DNA of 64,000 bases, taken from assembly GCA_002269645.1 (NCBI GenBank), contig NIVC01001053.1, positions 28,193 through 92,192 on the forward strand, read 5' to 3'. Below, in pieces: positions 38,031 to 48,910 of the stretch. The translations under genes and the position numbers were made by a program. The stretch's first letter is position 1. Each line of letters begins with the position of its first letter. Origin of the DNA: Macrostomum lignano (lineage: Eukaryota). A model generated the notes under the pieces. That model searched no databases. It saw only the letters and a list, made by a program, of their open reading frames with translations, and had not been told where the DNA came from.

Positions 38031-38178
38031 CAAAATAAGATTCTAGTGCTATCTAGTGCTAATTCAGAATATTCCATAGATATAAAGATTTTCCGTGACA
38101 ATATTTGCGTTCTCCGGGATTTTATTTGGTAATATTCAATAATATCCCGTAAGGTCTTTATGCCTATAGTTTATACGA

Positions 38179-38264
38179 GATTAAACATGCCTTTTGAGGG
38201 AGTTATTTGTATTTTCGGCCCTCGTGATTTATACAAGTAACTCCCTCAAAAGGCATGTTTAATC
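38179..38264. repeat. Near-perfect 34-bp-arm hairpin
   Basis: GATTAAACATGCCTTTTGAGGGAGTTA(T)TTGTAT / ATACAAGTAACTCCCTCAAAAGGCATGTTTAATC. Confidence 0.85.
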
Positions 38265-39835
38265 TGATACGTAACGCAGATGCTCTTTAGACGCAACTCG
38301 GTGATTCTACAGCGACACTAGCACGTCACAGATAGGACTCTACGGCCCCAAGTAGCATTATAAAAGCGCCCCAAGGTCGCAGACAATGAAACGTCTCAAA
38401 TTACTCTTAGAACTAGGTGATTTTTTTTGGCGATTTATACTAGGACATCTCGTTCGTTATAGAGTTGTCTAGTCACTTCTTTCCTATTTACCTTGCATGT
38501 CATCTGCAGCGACTTCGAAAACAACTATGGGACGCCTCTTAGTTTGTCGCATTGCATAGCAGCATGTTCCGGCGTTCCGCTAATGTTAACGATTTTATGG
38601 CCAATTTAAATAGGAACCCGTTTTTGGTGCCAAGTGCTTTGGCCAGATTCTGCCAAAATGTAAGACTTCTGCATTTCTGCGGGTCAGAGAGGCTCAACAG
38701 ATGCTTAAAAACGATTCGGACGCTTGAGAGACTCAGTAAACAAGAGGTAAACAAGTAAACAAGAAGTACTTCTTCCTAACTCGCTAATGCAGTTTGTAGC
38801 ACTCGATGAGATCGATTTAATCGCTAAAATTTCGTGTTAATTACTGGTGTATTTAGCTTATAAAAAACTCTACTTTACAATATTTGCATTTTTATCTCAA
38901 TTGATAACGGTGCTTCTCATAGCTCAATTCTCTGACTATTACCCCGTATTGTTGGTAAAAGTTAAAACTTATTTTATATTGTGCATTTTGCACTATACCT
39001 TATTGATGCATTAAGTTAAATAGGAAAAATATATGCGTGTTTAGCTCGTAAATTCACAAGCAAGTCACAGTGGTTGTTAATTGTTATTTTTGTGAACATG
39101 TCAGTAACTATTTTTGACGTGGTGTTAAATGATATTATTTATTATTGTAATCTTGAACCGGTACCTCAGCGGTAGGTAAGCGCGTCCTGGGTTCGATTCC
39201 GTGCGAGGCTAGATTCGTTTGGCGCTCACAGCCATGAGGGCCAGCCCCCCCCCCACAAAGCACAGTCGACTAAGAATTTCAAGATACCCAAATACGGATA
39301 TTAAAATCAACAAAGAAATCTAATATATCATTTCACAACAACTCAAAGTTTCCATTTACAGCGCAAGAAATAGAAAAGGGCGACAGGTAGCCCTGTAAGC
39401 TGTAGCATTACTGTACAATTGTGCATTTATTAACAACAACGGTGATATTACAGTTCGAAAAATATTCGAGCATACAGACAAACAACTATATAATTAATAA
39501 ACACTGAAAAATCGCATGGTACAGCTGCGTTCAACCGCCCGACATCAGAAATGTAATGTTACGGTAATATTAAAAGCCATAGTTAAATATCCAATTGTAA
39601 CTTAGCTCGATCGAGCGACTAGCAAGCATTGCAGATCATAGTAAAATATAGATATAAAGCATAAACTCCCCAGTTCATTGAGGGCTTACTTGCAACTCAA
39701 TTAAAAACGACAAATAATTGCACTAATATTTTTAATCTAAATATACTAAAATTTTCACTAACCTAAACAATTAATTTCAATCTGGATGTTTTCTAGCTTT
39801 TTTGACGACTATATGCTTGTTGGTAAGGGGTTCAG

Positions 39836-39909
39836 CCATAGACTATGATGCAACAAGGTCGGGAGAAAAAAGTACCGGACGGCACTGATTTATTGTATAT
39901 AGTCTATGG
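39836..39909. mobile_element. 74-bp MITE-like element, TIR CCATAGACTAT
   Basis: Perfect 11-bp inverted termini. Confidence 0.5.
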
Positions 39910-40239
39910 CCAAAATTTCTCAGCACTGAAGACTACATCAACAAATACAGACCTCCAATTTTAGTTGAGTTCTTTTAAACATAATAAAGAATTTGCAATA
40001 TTCAGTGAAATCGATTTTTTAAATATTAGCAATTATTATTAATTGCACAATTTCATTAAATTTTAGCCAGATTTGGACCGTATAATTTGACTAAACGTAC
40101 ATGTAGTAGACGTTAACTCAAGACATCACTAGCCTAAAGATAAAAAATTAATTAAAACTTTACTGTAGTTTTAAGTGCAAATTGATAAAATATAAATTTC
40201 ACAGTCTATGTCTCATGAAGCTAGCCCACAGACAACCAA

Positions 40240-40565
40240 TCCCGCACGCTGCGGGGAAATTTACCATAGATATAACCAATCCTGAACGCTGCGGGGAGAT
40301 TTACCATAGACATAACCAATCCTGCACGCTGCGGGGTGAGTTTACCATAGACAAAACCAATCTTGCACGCTGCGGGGTGAGTTTACCATAGACAAAACCA
40401 ATCTTGCACGCTATGGGGTGAGTTTACCATAGACAAAACCAATCCTGCACGCTGCGGGGTGAGTTTACCATAGACAAAACCAATCCTGCACGCTGCGGGG
40501 TGAGTTTACCATAGACATAACCAATCCTGCACGCTGCGGGGTGAGTTTACCGTAGACATAGACCA
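40240..40565 (-). repeat. 41-bp minisatellite, same family as 32146-32520, opposite strand
   Basis: TGCACGCTGCGGGGTGAGTTTACCATAGACAWAACCAATCC is the reverse complement of the unit after NIP7. Confidence 0.92.
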
Positions 40566-40634
40566 TATAAACTTTCTTACAAAAAGCCTTATCTAGACTT
40601 GAATTACGAAAGTTATAGTAGCCACCTGATAAAG

Positions 40635-41216
40635 CTACATAAAGCGCCGGTTTGGAGGCTGCGGCGGCGGCTGCTGTTGCTGTGCAAACAAACCGGGCAG
40701 GTTAGCACCGGGATAGGCCCGGGCATACGCGGCTGCGGCAGCGGCAGCGGCTGCTGCAGCAGACTGCTGTTCTGGCGGCGGCAATTGTTGCTGTTGCTGT
40801 TGTTGTTGCTGTTGCTGCTGCTGCTGCGCGGCGAAAGCAGATCCGGCGCCAGGTTGAAATTGTTGCAATAATTGCATCTGCTGAGCCGATTGGCCAGTAG
40901 TGATGGAGCCCCGATAAGATGCTAATGGAGGCTGCACCTGCGACACTTTGATGCCGGCCTGCGGAGGCTGGCTCTGCTGCTGAGCGGCCGCCTGCTGGGC
41001 AAACAGCAGCTGACCGTGGAATGGATTCAAGCCCAGGCTTGTCACTGTCACAGGCGGCGGCGGTGGCAGTTGCTGCTGCTGCGGCGGTGGCAACTGCTGT
41101 TGCGGCGGAACCCCCGGCGGAGGCAGCTTGCCGGGTGGAGGCAGCTTGCCAGCTACTGACACCCGGTATTGCTGCTGTTGCTGCTGCTGCGACAGAACAG
41201 AAGCGGCTGAGGCGAC
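40635..41216 (-). CDS. GPS2: GPS2 exon 3 (Q/P/A-rich C-terminus ending PPNRRFM)
   Basis: Phase-0 acceptor ctccgacAG at 41218-41217, open to TAG at 40637-40635. The acceptor choice and possible extra small exons are uncertain. Confidence 0.65.
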   Translation of the reverse strand, partial: VASAASVLSQQQQQQQYRVSVAGKLPPPGKLPPPGVPPQQQLPPPQQQQLPPPPPVTVTSLGLNPFHGQLLFAQQAAAQQQSQPPQAGIKVSQVQPPLASYRGSITTGQSAQQMQLLQQFQPGAGSAFAAQQQQQQQQQQQQQQLPPPEQQSAAAAAAAAAAAYARAYPGANLPGLFAQQQQPPPQPPNRRFM

Positions 41217-41726
41217 CTGTCGGAGGTTATTATTCGTACTGTCAGGGCTGCGGAGCTTTTACTTGAATGCATTAGCGAGATAACGAGGAATATCACATCA
41301 AATACATTACTAACACGTGTACTTGGAAAATTTTATTACGTTTGGGGGTGTCTTTGGTCTACTGGACTCTCAGTGCATCAGTTGTCCAGGTAGGCGAGCA
41401 AAAGGCGAGTTTCTAGCTTCATTTTTAGTGGTTCATATAACAGTAACTTATATAGATCTTTGGTCTTTCGCATTGAGGAATAATTTAGATGGTACACGAC
41501 AGTTTCTCATGGGCTGAGGCAGTGGTCGCGTTCTCAGTTTCTGCTAGTTAGAGTGCATTGATTGGCTGGATAAATACATTCAAACTGGTTCAGAACTTTC
41601 AAGGCCAAAATGTATCACTTCATACTAACCGCTGTCAACTCTGCTTAACCTGGATGATATAATAGTGGCGATTAAGCGAATACTTTAGCAACCAATAAAG
41701 GCCAATCCCTAAAGCATAAATTTTAC

Positions 41727-42017
41727 CTGACACATTGGACTAGAATGAGCCGACGCTACAGACGAAGGACTGGGCGAGCGGCGTCGCTTTAGAGACACTT
41801 GCTGCTGTTGCTGCTGCTGTGTTGGGGGCGGCGGCGGTGGCGGCTGCTGCTGACCTGAACAGCCAGCCTGAGCCACGTATCCGAGAGCGCGCAATTGAGG
41901 CGCCGGCAACCCGGCAGAGATGGCGCCATACTGGGGAAACTGTTGCGACAGCTGCAGCAGTTGAGTTTGCGCCTCTTTTTGGCGCTCCTTCTGATTTGAC
42001 TCTTCGGCTGAGACCTC
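41727..42017 (-). CDS. GPS2: GPS2 exon 2
   Basis: EVSAEESNQKERQKE continues the GPS2 coiled coil (KVLHEEEKRRRKE). Acceptor at 42019-42018 and GTAAAA donor at 41726, both phase 0. Confidence 0.78.
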
Positions 42018-42229
42018 CTGATTGAACGAACGGGATTCAGGTATCGGATAACTATTAAGGATCGGGGGCAAATGATTATTGGTTGGCTTTTTTACGTCAG
42101 TGAGGCTTTAGGCGAGCCCGATAATGTGATAATGAGTTCCCATATGTCTCTTCCCTATTCTTCTCTTCTTTTATTTCTCTTGATGAAAATTTGTCTATGG
42201 CTAAAATGTGGGCCAACAGGACGCTCTGC

Positions 42230-43810
42230 CCCCAAATCGAAACAGACTCTGCCCCCACACTTAAACAGACTCTGCCCCCACATCCAAACAGACTCTGCCC
42301 CCACATCCAAACAGACTCTGCCCCCACATCCAAACAGACTCTGCCCCCACATCCAAACAGACTCTGCCCCCACATCCAAACAGACTCTGCCCCCACATCC
42401 AAACAGACTCTGCCCCCACACTTAAACAGACTCTGCCCCCACATACACAACGGACGCTCTGCCCCACACCCACAACGGACGCTCTACCCCACACCGCTAA
42501 CGGACGCTCTGCCCCACACCCAAACAGACTCTGCCCCCACACTTAAACAGACACTGCCCCCCCACACCCAAACAGACTCTGCCCCCACACTTAAACAGAC
42601 TCTGCCCCCACACCCAAACAGACTCTGCCCCCACACTTAAACAGACTCTGCCCCCACACTTAAACAGACTCTGCCCCCACACCCAAACAGACTCTGCCCC
42701 CACACTTAAACAGACTCTGCCCCCACACCCAAACAGACTCTGCCCCCACACTTAAACAGACTCTGCCCCCACATCCAAACAGACTCTGCCCCCACACCCA
42801 AACAGACTCTGCCCCCACACTTAAACAGACTCTGCCCCCACACTTAAACAGACTCTGCCCCCACACCCAAACAGACTCTGCCCCCACACCCAAACAGACT
42901 CTGCCCCCACACCCAAACAGACTCTGCCCCCACACTTTAACAGACTCTGCCCCAACACTTAAACAGACTCTGCCCCAACACTTAAACAGACTCTGCCCTC
43001 ACACCCAAACAGACTCTGCCCTCACACCCAAACAGACTCTGCCCCCACACCCAAACAGACTCTGCCCCCACACTTTAACAGACTCTGCCCCAACACTTAA
43101 ACAGACTCTGCCCTCACACCCAAACAGACTCTGCCCCCACACCCAAACAGACTCTGCCCCCACACCCAAACAGACTCTGCCCCCACACCCAAACAGACTC
43201 TGCCCCCACACCCAAACAGACTCTGCCCCCACACTTTAACAGACTCTGCCCCAACACTTAAACAGACTCTGCCCCAACACTTAAACAGACTCTGCCCTCA
43301 CACTCAAACAGACTCTGCCCTCACACCCAAACAGACTCTGCCCCCACACCCAAACAGACTCTGCCCCCACACTTTAACAGACTCTGCCCTCACACTCAAA
43401 CAGACTCTGCCCTCACACCCAAACAGACTCTGCCCCCACACCCAAACAGACTCTGCCCCCACACTTTAACAGACTCTGCCCCAACACTTAAACAGACTCT
43501 GCCCTCACACCCAAACAGACTCTGCCCCCACACTTAAACAGACTCTGCCCCCACACCCAAACAGACTCTGCCCTCACACCCAAACAGACTCTGCCCCCAC
43601 ACTTAAACAGACTCTGCCCCCACACCCAAACAGACTCTGCCCTCACACCCAAACAGACTCTGCCCCCACACTTAAACAGACTCTGCCCCCACACCCAAAC
43701 AGACTCTGCCCCCACACCCAAACAGACTCTGCCCCCACACTTAAACAGACTCTGCCCCCACACTTAAACAGACTCTGCCCCCCACACCCACAACGGACGC
43801 TCTGCCCCCG
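42230..43810. repeat. Intronic 23-bp satellite AAACAGACTCTGCCCCCACACCC
   Basis: About 68 units fill GPS2 intron 1. Confidence 0.97.
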
Positions 43811-43920
43811 CCCCCACTAGCAGCGGAAAATATTTATGGCGAAAAGCCCACTAATAATAATGCCATTGATTAACTGCCAGCCAGGGTTATGTGCTAGCAT
43901 TGACAAACAGGTATTCCTAC

Positions 43921-44178
43921 CTTAAACCGATTAAACAGCTTCGTCTTCTCTTTGCGCAACTCTTCAAGCTTCTTTTCCAGTCGTTTGACTTCCTCCTCGG
44001 TTTTCTGCAGGCTCAGCGCTGTCTGACGGCGCATCTCTACACGCTCTGCGCGTAGTCGCTGATTTGTGGCATCCAGAGCCACCATCTCTGCCTCCTTCTG
44101 TCGCTGACGAAGTATGTGCCGTTTGAGCGACTGGTACATTGTCTGCGTCATTTTTGGGCGTTCATGCATTACAGGCAT
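43921..44178 (-). CDS. GPS2: G protein pathway suppressor 2 (GPS2) exon 1
   Basis: MPVMHERPKMTQTMYQSLKRHILRQRQK...LSLQKTEEEVKRLEKKLEELRKEKTKLF matches the GPS2 N-terminus (MPALLERPKLSNAMARALHRHI...MSLEETKEQILKLEEKLLALQEEKHQLF). Donor GTAGGA at 43920. Confidence 0.88.
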
Positions 44179-45694
44179 GATTGAGCTTGCTTTGCTGAAT
44201 GGGATTCTTTTAGCTGGAATCAACCATTTTGTTCATTGGTAGTTCAACTTGATTAAATAAAAAGTATACATTACAGAGATAAATTCTTTATTGGCATGGG
44301 ACTTTGTGCACCCAGCACCCTAGTGCACTTTAAGCGACATTGTGATACAACCAGCAAGAGACATTACTGCACCATTTCACTGATTTCTTTGAGCAGACAA
44401 ACAAGTGCGCAGATACATATGCAGTCATTCACATAGGCACACACTCAAATGGGAGTATACAGTGACCCTAACTTTATTGTGAACTTCACTGTGACTTGGG
44501 GTTGGCCTTTAAGGGCATTAGTTGTACAAGCAGATTTAAGTCAAGAAATATTTTTTGGCCCCAAAATTAATATGACTGGAATTAAGTCTGAGCTGATGGC
44601 ACATCACAGTACCACACTAGGCCTGTCATGCATATGACAGACTACTTGCATTAGTTAATATTAAGGACATGCTGGCTAAATAAAATGCTTTATCATATCA
44701 AACTAACATTTTGATATCTTTAATTTATATTCTAGTTATTAAATTGGCATTTCACTTTTTATAAGATAGATAACATAATATAAAAAATTATTAACATTTT
44801 TAACAATATTACTATTTTAACAATTTTTTATTCATAGAATTAGGAAAGTTATCTCCTATTGAATCTAGATTATTTGAATCTAGTCTAAAATCCCTATTGC
44901 AGCCAATGGCCATTGTGCAGGCATGGTTTAGCACAGGAAAGGAGACATTCAGTGCATTTTAGACCTTGGCTATAGGGTCTAGAATCTAAAAAATAGATAC
45001 TCTATCAAGTGCATTTAAATGCATACAGTATGATGGCTTGTCTAATGCACAAAACTTCATCCTAAGCATATAGCTATATAGGATCACAAAAATACACTTT
45101 AGTTTAGACCAAAACTGCAATTTTGTTTTGTGACATACCCAAAAAACAAAAAATAATTTGATACATTTTTATAATATAAGAAAAAGAGTTAAAAATTTTG
45201 CTTTGCATTTTCCTAAAGTTTAAAAAGTATTTAGAATCATAATCACTTTGTACTATCATATTAATATAAATGTGCTATAGTAAAATTCAAATTAAATAGA
45301 TCTATTTAAGGTTTCTTAAGGATCCATTTCAGCTTTTAAATTTTAGATCATTGTAATTTGTTTATATTTATAAAATTATTTATACTTCATTTTCATTATA
45401 TTTTGTTTAAGTGCCTCTATTACTAGCTTAATTATGCGTATACCAAAAAAGTCTGCTTTTATGACCAATTCAGTATCACTTTACTGCTTATCCGATTGTT
45501 TTGTTTTATGCCTTTATCACATAATTTTGTGCCTAATACTTTGGTCATGACTATTGCACGTAGTATTCACAAATTGTTTAGTTTTTAGCACTTCGTTTAT
45601 GCACCTTTTCTTGCATTTTAAAATTTTTGCACTCGCATACTTATAGTAGACTGTAGTAAGCTCGTTTAAAAATTTTTTTTTAGGGGAGGCAGGT

Positions 45695-46741
45695 TGTAAA
45701 GGGCCCCTCCCGATTTCTTTCTAAAAATAGCTATCGGTTATTACATTTTAAATTCACGCCAAATAACTACGACGCATTTTGTTTTACTACTCGTATTTTT
45801 GATAATATTTTACGCGAATTAATTTTTGTTAAAAATCTAATAGAATTTTACTATAAATACAGGCAAATTTGGCGGAGGGAGAAGCAACCTCGCGCATCGC
45901 GGTTCGCAATAAGCAATTGATAGCAAATAGAAGAGTTCCGAGAAAATAAGAATTGAAGAAGTGTTTTCCGTGTTAATTCTTTTTTTAAGAAAGAGTGAAG
46001 TAGACGGAAGTGTGTACCGTATATACTACTGAGAAGGAAAGTGTTGAGTAGTAAGAAGTTGCGAAGTAGATCTGAAGTAATACGTGTAAGAATAACCGGA
46101 GGCTGTGACCCTCTGATCTCGGTAACGCCCAAGGACTTGCAAAGTACATGAAATACATATACCAGTAAGCCAAAATACCGCTCAGGCCATTATTAAGTAG
46201 AACGCTACCAGAATAATAGAACGCTACCAGAATAATTAGAAGAGTTAAATCTCAGGGCTAACAGTTTTTCTAAGACTAATACTCAGACTAAATACTCAGA
46301 CTAACTACTCAGACTAAATACTCAGACTAAATACTCAGACTAAATACCCAGACCTATTCTAAGAAACATTTCTCGGATTATTCTAAGATTGATAAACTCA
46401 CAATTTATTAATAGGATAATCCTGGTGGCAGCTACCAACTTAAGAGATTAGTAAATTAGCCCTGTGATAGCTTTTGGTGACAGTGTGAAATTATTATTAA
46501 GAAGAAAGAATCACCCCTGTTACAGCTTTGGTGGCATCTAGTAGGATTCTCAGTGCACAGGAAACACACCTAGTACAACTTTGGTATCAGCGGTGAGATT
46601 AAAATTGATAAAGTAGGAGGTGAAACATCTACGACAACTTGGTGGCATAACGGTGAAATTCTTATAGAGAGCCAAAAGGCCTACGACAACTTAGTGACAG
46701 CGGTGAAATCATTTGTAGGGACAGAAGTTACCCCTACGACA
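45695..46741 (+). mobile_element. Candidate LTR-like segment
   Basis: A purine tract AGGGGAGGCAGG precedes TGTAAAGGG (45695). The segment ends CCCCTACGACA (46741), giving TGT...ACA with an imperfect terminal inverted repeat. No TSD or partner LTR was found. Confidence 0.4.
46423..46741 (+). other. Repeat/spacer array: six 52-58-bp units of [LTR-end-like CCCT..ACA + tRNA-Leu PBS-like TGGTGGCAGCGGTG + unique spacer]
   Basis: TGG/TAG motifs at 46423, 46475, 46529, 46582, 46640 and 46692. The spacers of 19-27 nt are mutually unrelated. Confidence 0.75.
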
Positions 46742-46966
46742 TATAGTTAAGATTAAGATGTGGTACAGCTTGCACAGCTGCGCAAGAAAAAATTACCAAA
46801 GAATTTGTCTGCACCATGCAACAAAACCCAAGGCAGTTTTGTGCCACCTAATACTCTGACCAATAAAATTTTGCATTGCAAATACAATTTACTTGAAAGT
46901 GAGGTTGGGGGTTTGAAAGAAAGTTCTGGGCCGTGGGGTTTTAATTCGGCTGACCAATATCCCCTG

Positions 46967-47255
46967 TGGTAATGGCTAGAGTTCCAGCACCGGAACCCGT
47001 TTTCTAACAGCTAGGGATCCGGCAGTGCCGTATAGAAGCATATAAAGACTGCTAAAAACATATCTTAAGAAGTCTGAATATTAGAAGCATCTCGTCCCGA
47101 ATCTCATCATATCGTCTTAAATTTTAATCTAGAACAAAATCTCAATATCAGCCACCTGTAGAAAGAAAAATATGTTCCATCTATATTATAATGGCACTGC
47201 TGGATCCGTAGCCGTTAGAAAATGGGTTCCGGTGCCGGAACTCTAGCCATTGCCA
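46967..47255. mobile_element. MITE with ~63-bp TIRs
   Basis: TGGTAATGGCTAGAGTTCCAGCACCGGAACCCGTTTTCTAAC...GGATCCGGCAGTGCC and its reverse complement at 47195-47255. Confidence 0.8.
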
Positions 47256-48910
47256 TCACCCGTGGCTTTAATTATAGAACTGGCAGGTGCATACGTGCGC
47301 AAATGTATTAAATACAACGTAAAATAAAGCCAGAAATACTGGGCTGCAAGGCCGTGTTTTCCGAGGATAGAAATAGAATGGCCTCACGAGTGGGACACGG
47401 CCGCCCTGTAGTAGTAGTAAGAAAATTTGGCTCAGGCAATTAGCCTGTTTGGCCAATATATTATAGAGCTATGTATTTGGAAAAGTTTTCGAAATAGAAG
47501 TTTATAAAGACGATTTGCCGCGAGTTAGTAGTAGTAAGAGTTAGAGTTTATTCTAAAAGATAAAGTATTTGAAAGCGCGCCAGAATTTTTACGGTATTTT
47601 TGGACGAAAAGTGACGACTAACAACTAACAACGAGTATAAATATTAATACAAAAATGAGTACAAATTACGAGGTATAGCTTTAATTGCGAAATTACTTTG
47701 GCAAGTGAGTTTGTAAAAAAAGATGTCGTATTTTTGAAAGCGCGTGATATTTCAAAGCGTGAAAAAACGAACATAAACAATACTTCGAAAGAACTTTACG
47801 TTTAACGAATAACGACGATTTAAATAGGGAATTAAAAAAGACAGTAAATGAATAAACAACTGAAAAGCGGATTTGTTACACTGCTAATGCATCTGTAATT
47901 CGTTCGTTCCAGCCGTTCGAATCGGTGCGCTTCGGCGTTTCAAACAAACTTAAACGAAAACCTCGGCTTGCAGATGACGGGGAGCTCCGCTGCTGAGTTC
48001 CTCAGGCTCAGGGGGAGGGTAGCTGTGGTCGCGGCTGAGCAGTCTAGTTTTGCCGACGTTTAGAAGGCCGAATGCAGAGATTTGTAGCCGATAAGGGAAC
48101 TTCAAAATAAGCTGGATTTGTCGAGAGTCTTACTAATAGTAGTAGGTCGCTGCCACCACCGCGATTGTGCGCGGGAAAAGCTCTAAAGCTTATGACTAGC
48201 TTGAGTTCGCTCTAGCGCTTCTCAGTAGACCTCTAAGGGTCAAATAATGCTTCCGAGGCCGGAAGTGGCCGGTTGAGCTGGATCTCATTATTGACGGTTA
48301 TTAAGGCAATAGTTTCACGCACAGTAGCAATTGACTAAACTTAAATCTTAATCGATAAACTGATGGGCGAGGCGATCGGAGCTGGTCGGGTCGGGAGATG
48401 CTGGGCTTACAGGTAGGGTCAGTAGTATATACGATACAAAATTGCCAGCAAACCGTTCTCATAATTCAATCAATTTAACACTTTATCAGTGTGAAATGAC
48501 TCATTTTCCCTTCACATCGCTCGTCTTCACTTCGCTCGTGTTCATTACCGCTCGTCTTCACTCCGCTCAACTCGCTCCGCCCATATCCTCGCTAATTCAT
48601 TTCGGTCAATTTCCCAATTTCACACTTCGAACACTTCCAACACTTCCAACACAACAAACACTCTATAACCCCAGGCCGCGCCGCAGGCGCGAAGGGTCTT
48701 TTTCTGTTACTAAAAATGAACCGAGTTTACACCTTTTCAGTTATAGTGATACTTTTGATCTGAGACCGTTGCTAAAAATTCAGAGATTATTTAACAACAT
48801 ATTTTGAATGGAATAAGTGATGAAGTTTATTTAAAATGTACTGCTTTATTTGTCAACAAAATGATGACAAAACAGAACTAAAACTTTATCCGTTAGAGTT
48901 GGATGGTTTG

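Noticed and set aside
38500-38760. GC-richer ORFs on both strands with possible splice sites
   Set aside because: No recognisable homology, and no consistent exon chain or strand could be established.
39165-39260. tRNA gene (GGTTCGATTCC B box)
   Set aside because: No complete cloverleaf is visible. It is more likely a truncated SINE head. The tRNA-like segments in the SINEs and Helitrons were likewise not called tRNA genes.
42072-43763. Many ORFs with QTLPPH / GGRVCL repeats
   Set aside because: Products of the 23-bp intronic satellite.
46423-46741. Calling the repeat/spacer array a true CRISPR
   Set aside because: The context is eukaryotic, there are no cas genes, the repeats are degenerate and non-palindromic, and they are better explained as LTR-end/PBS motifs.
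47890-48430. CpG-rich segment with ETS-like CCGGAAGTG; possible promoter or first exon
   Set aside because: No transcript evidence or linkable ORF. A single short motif is insufficient.
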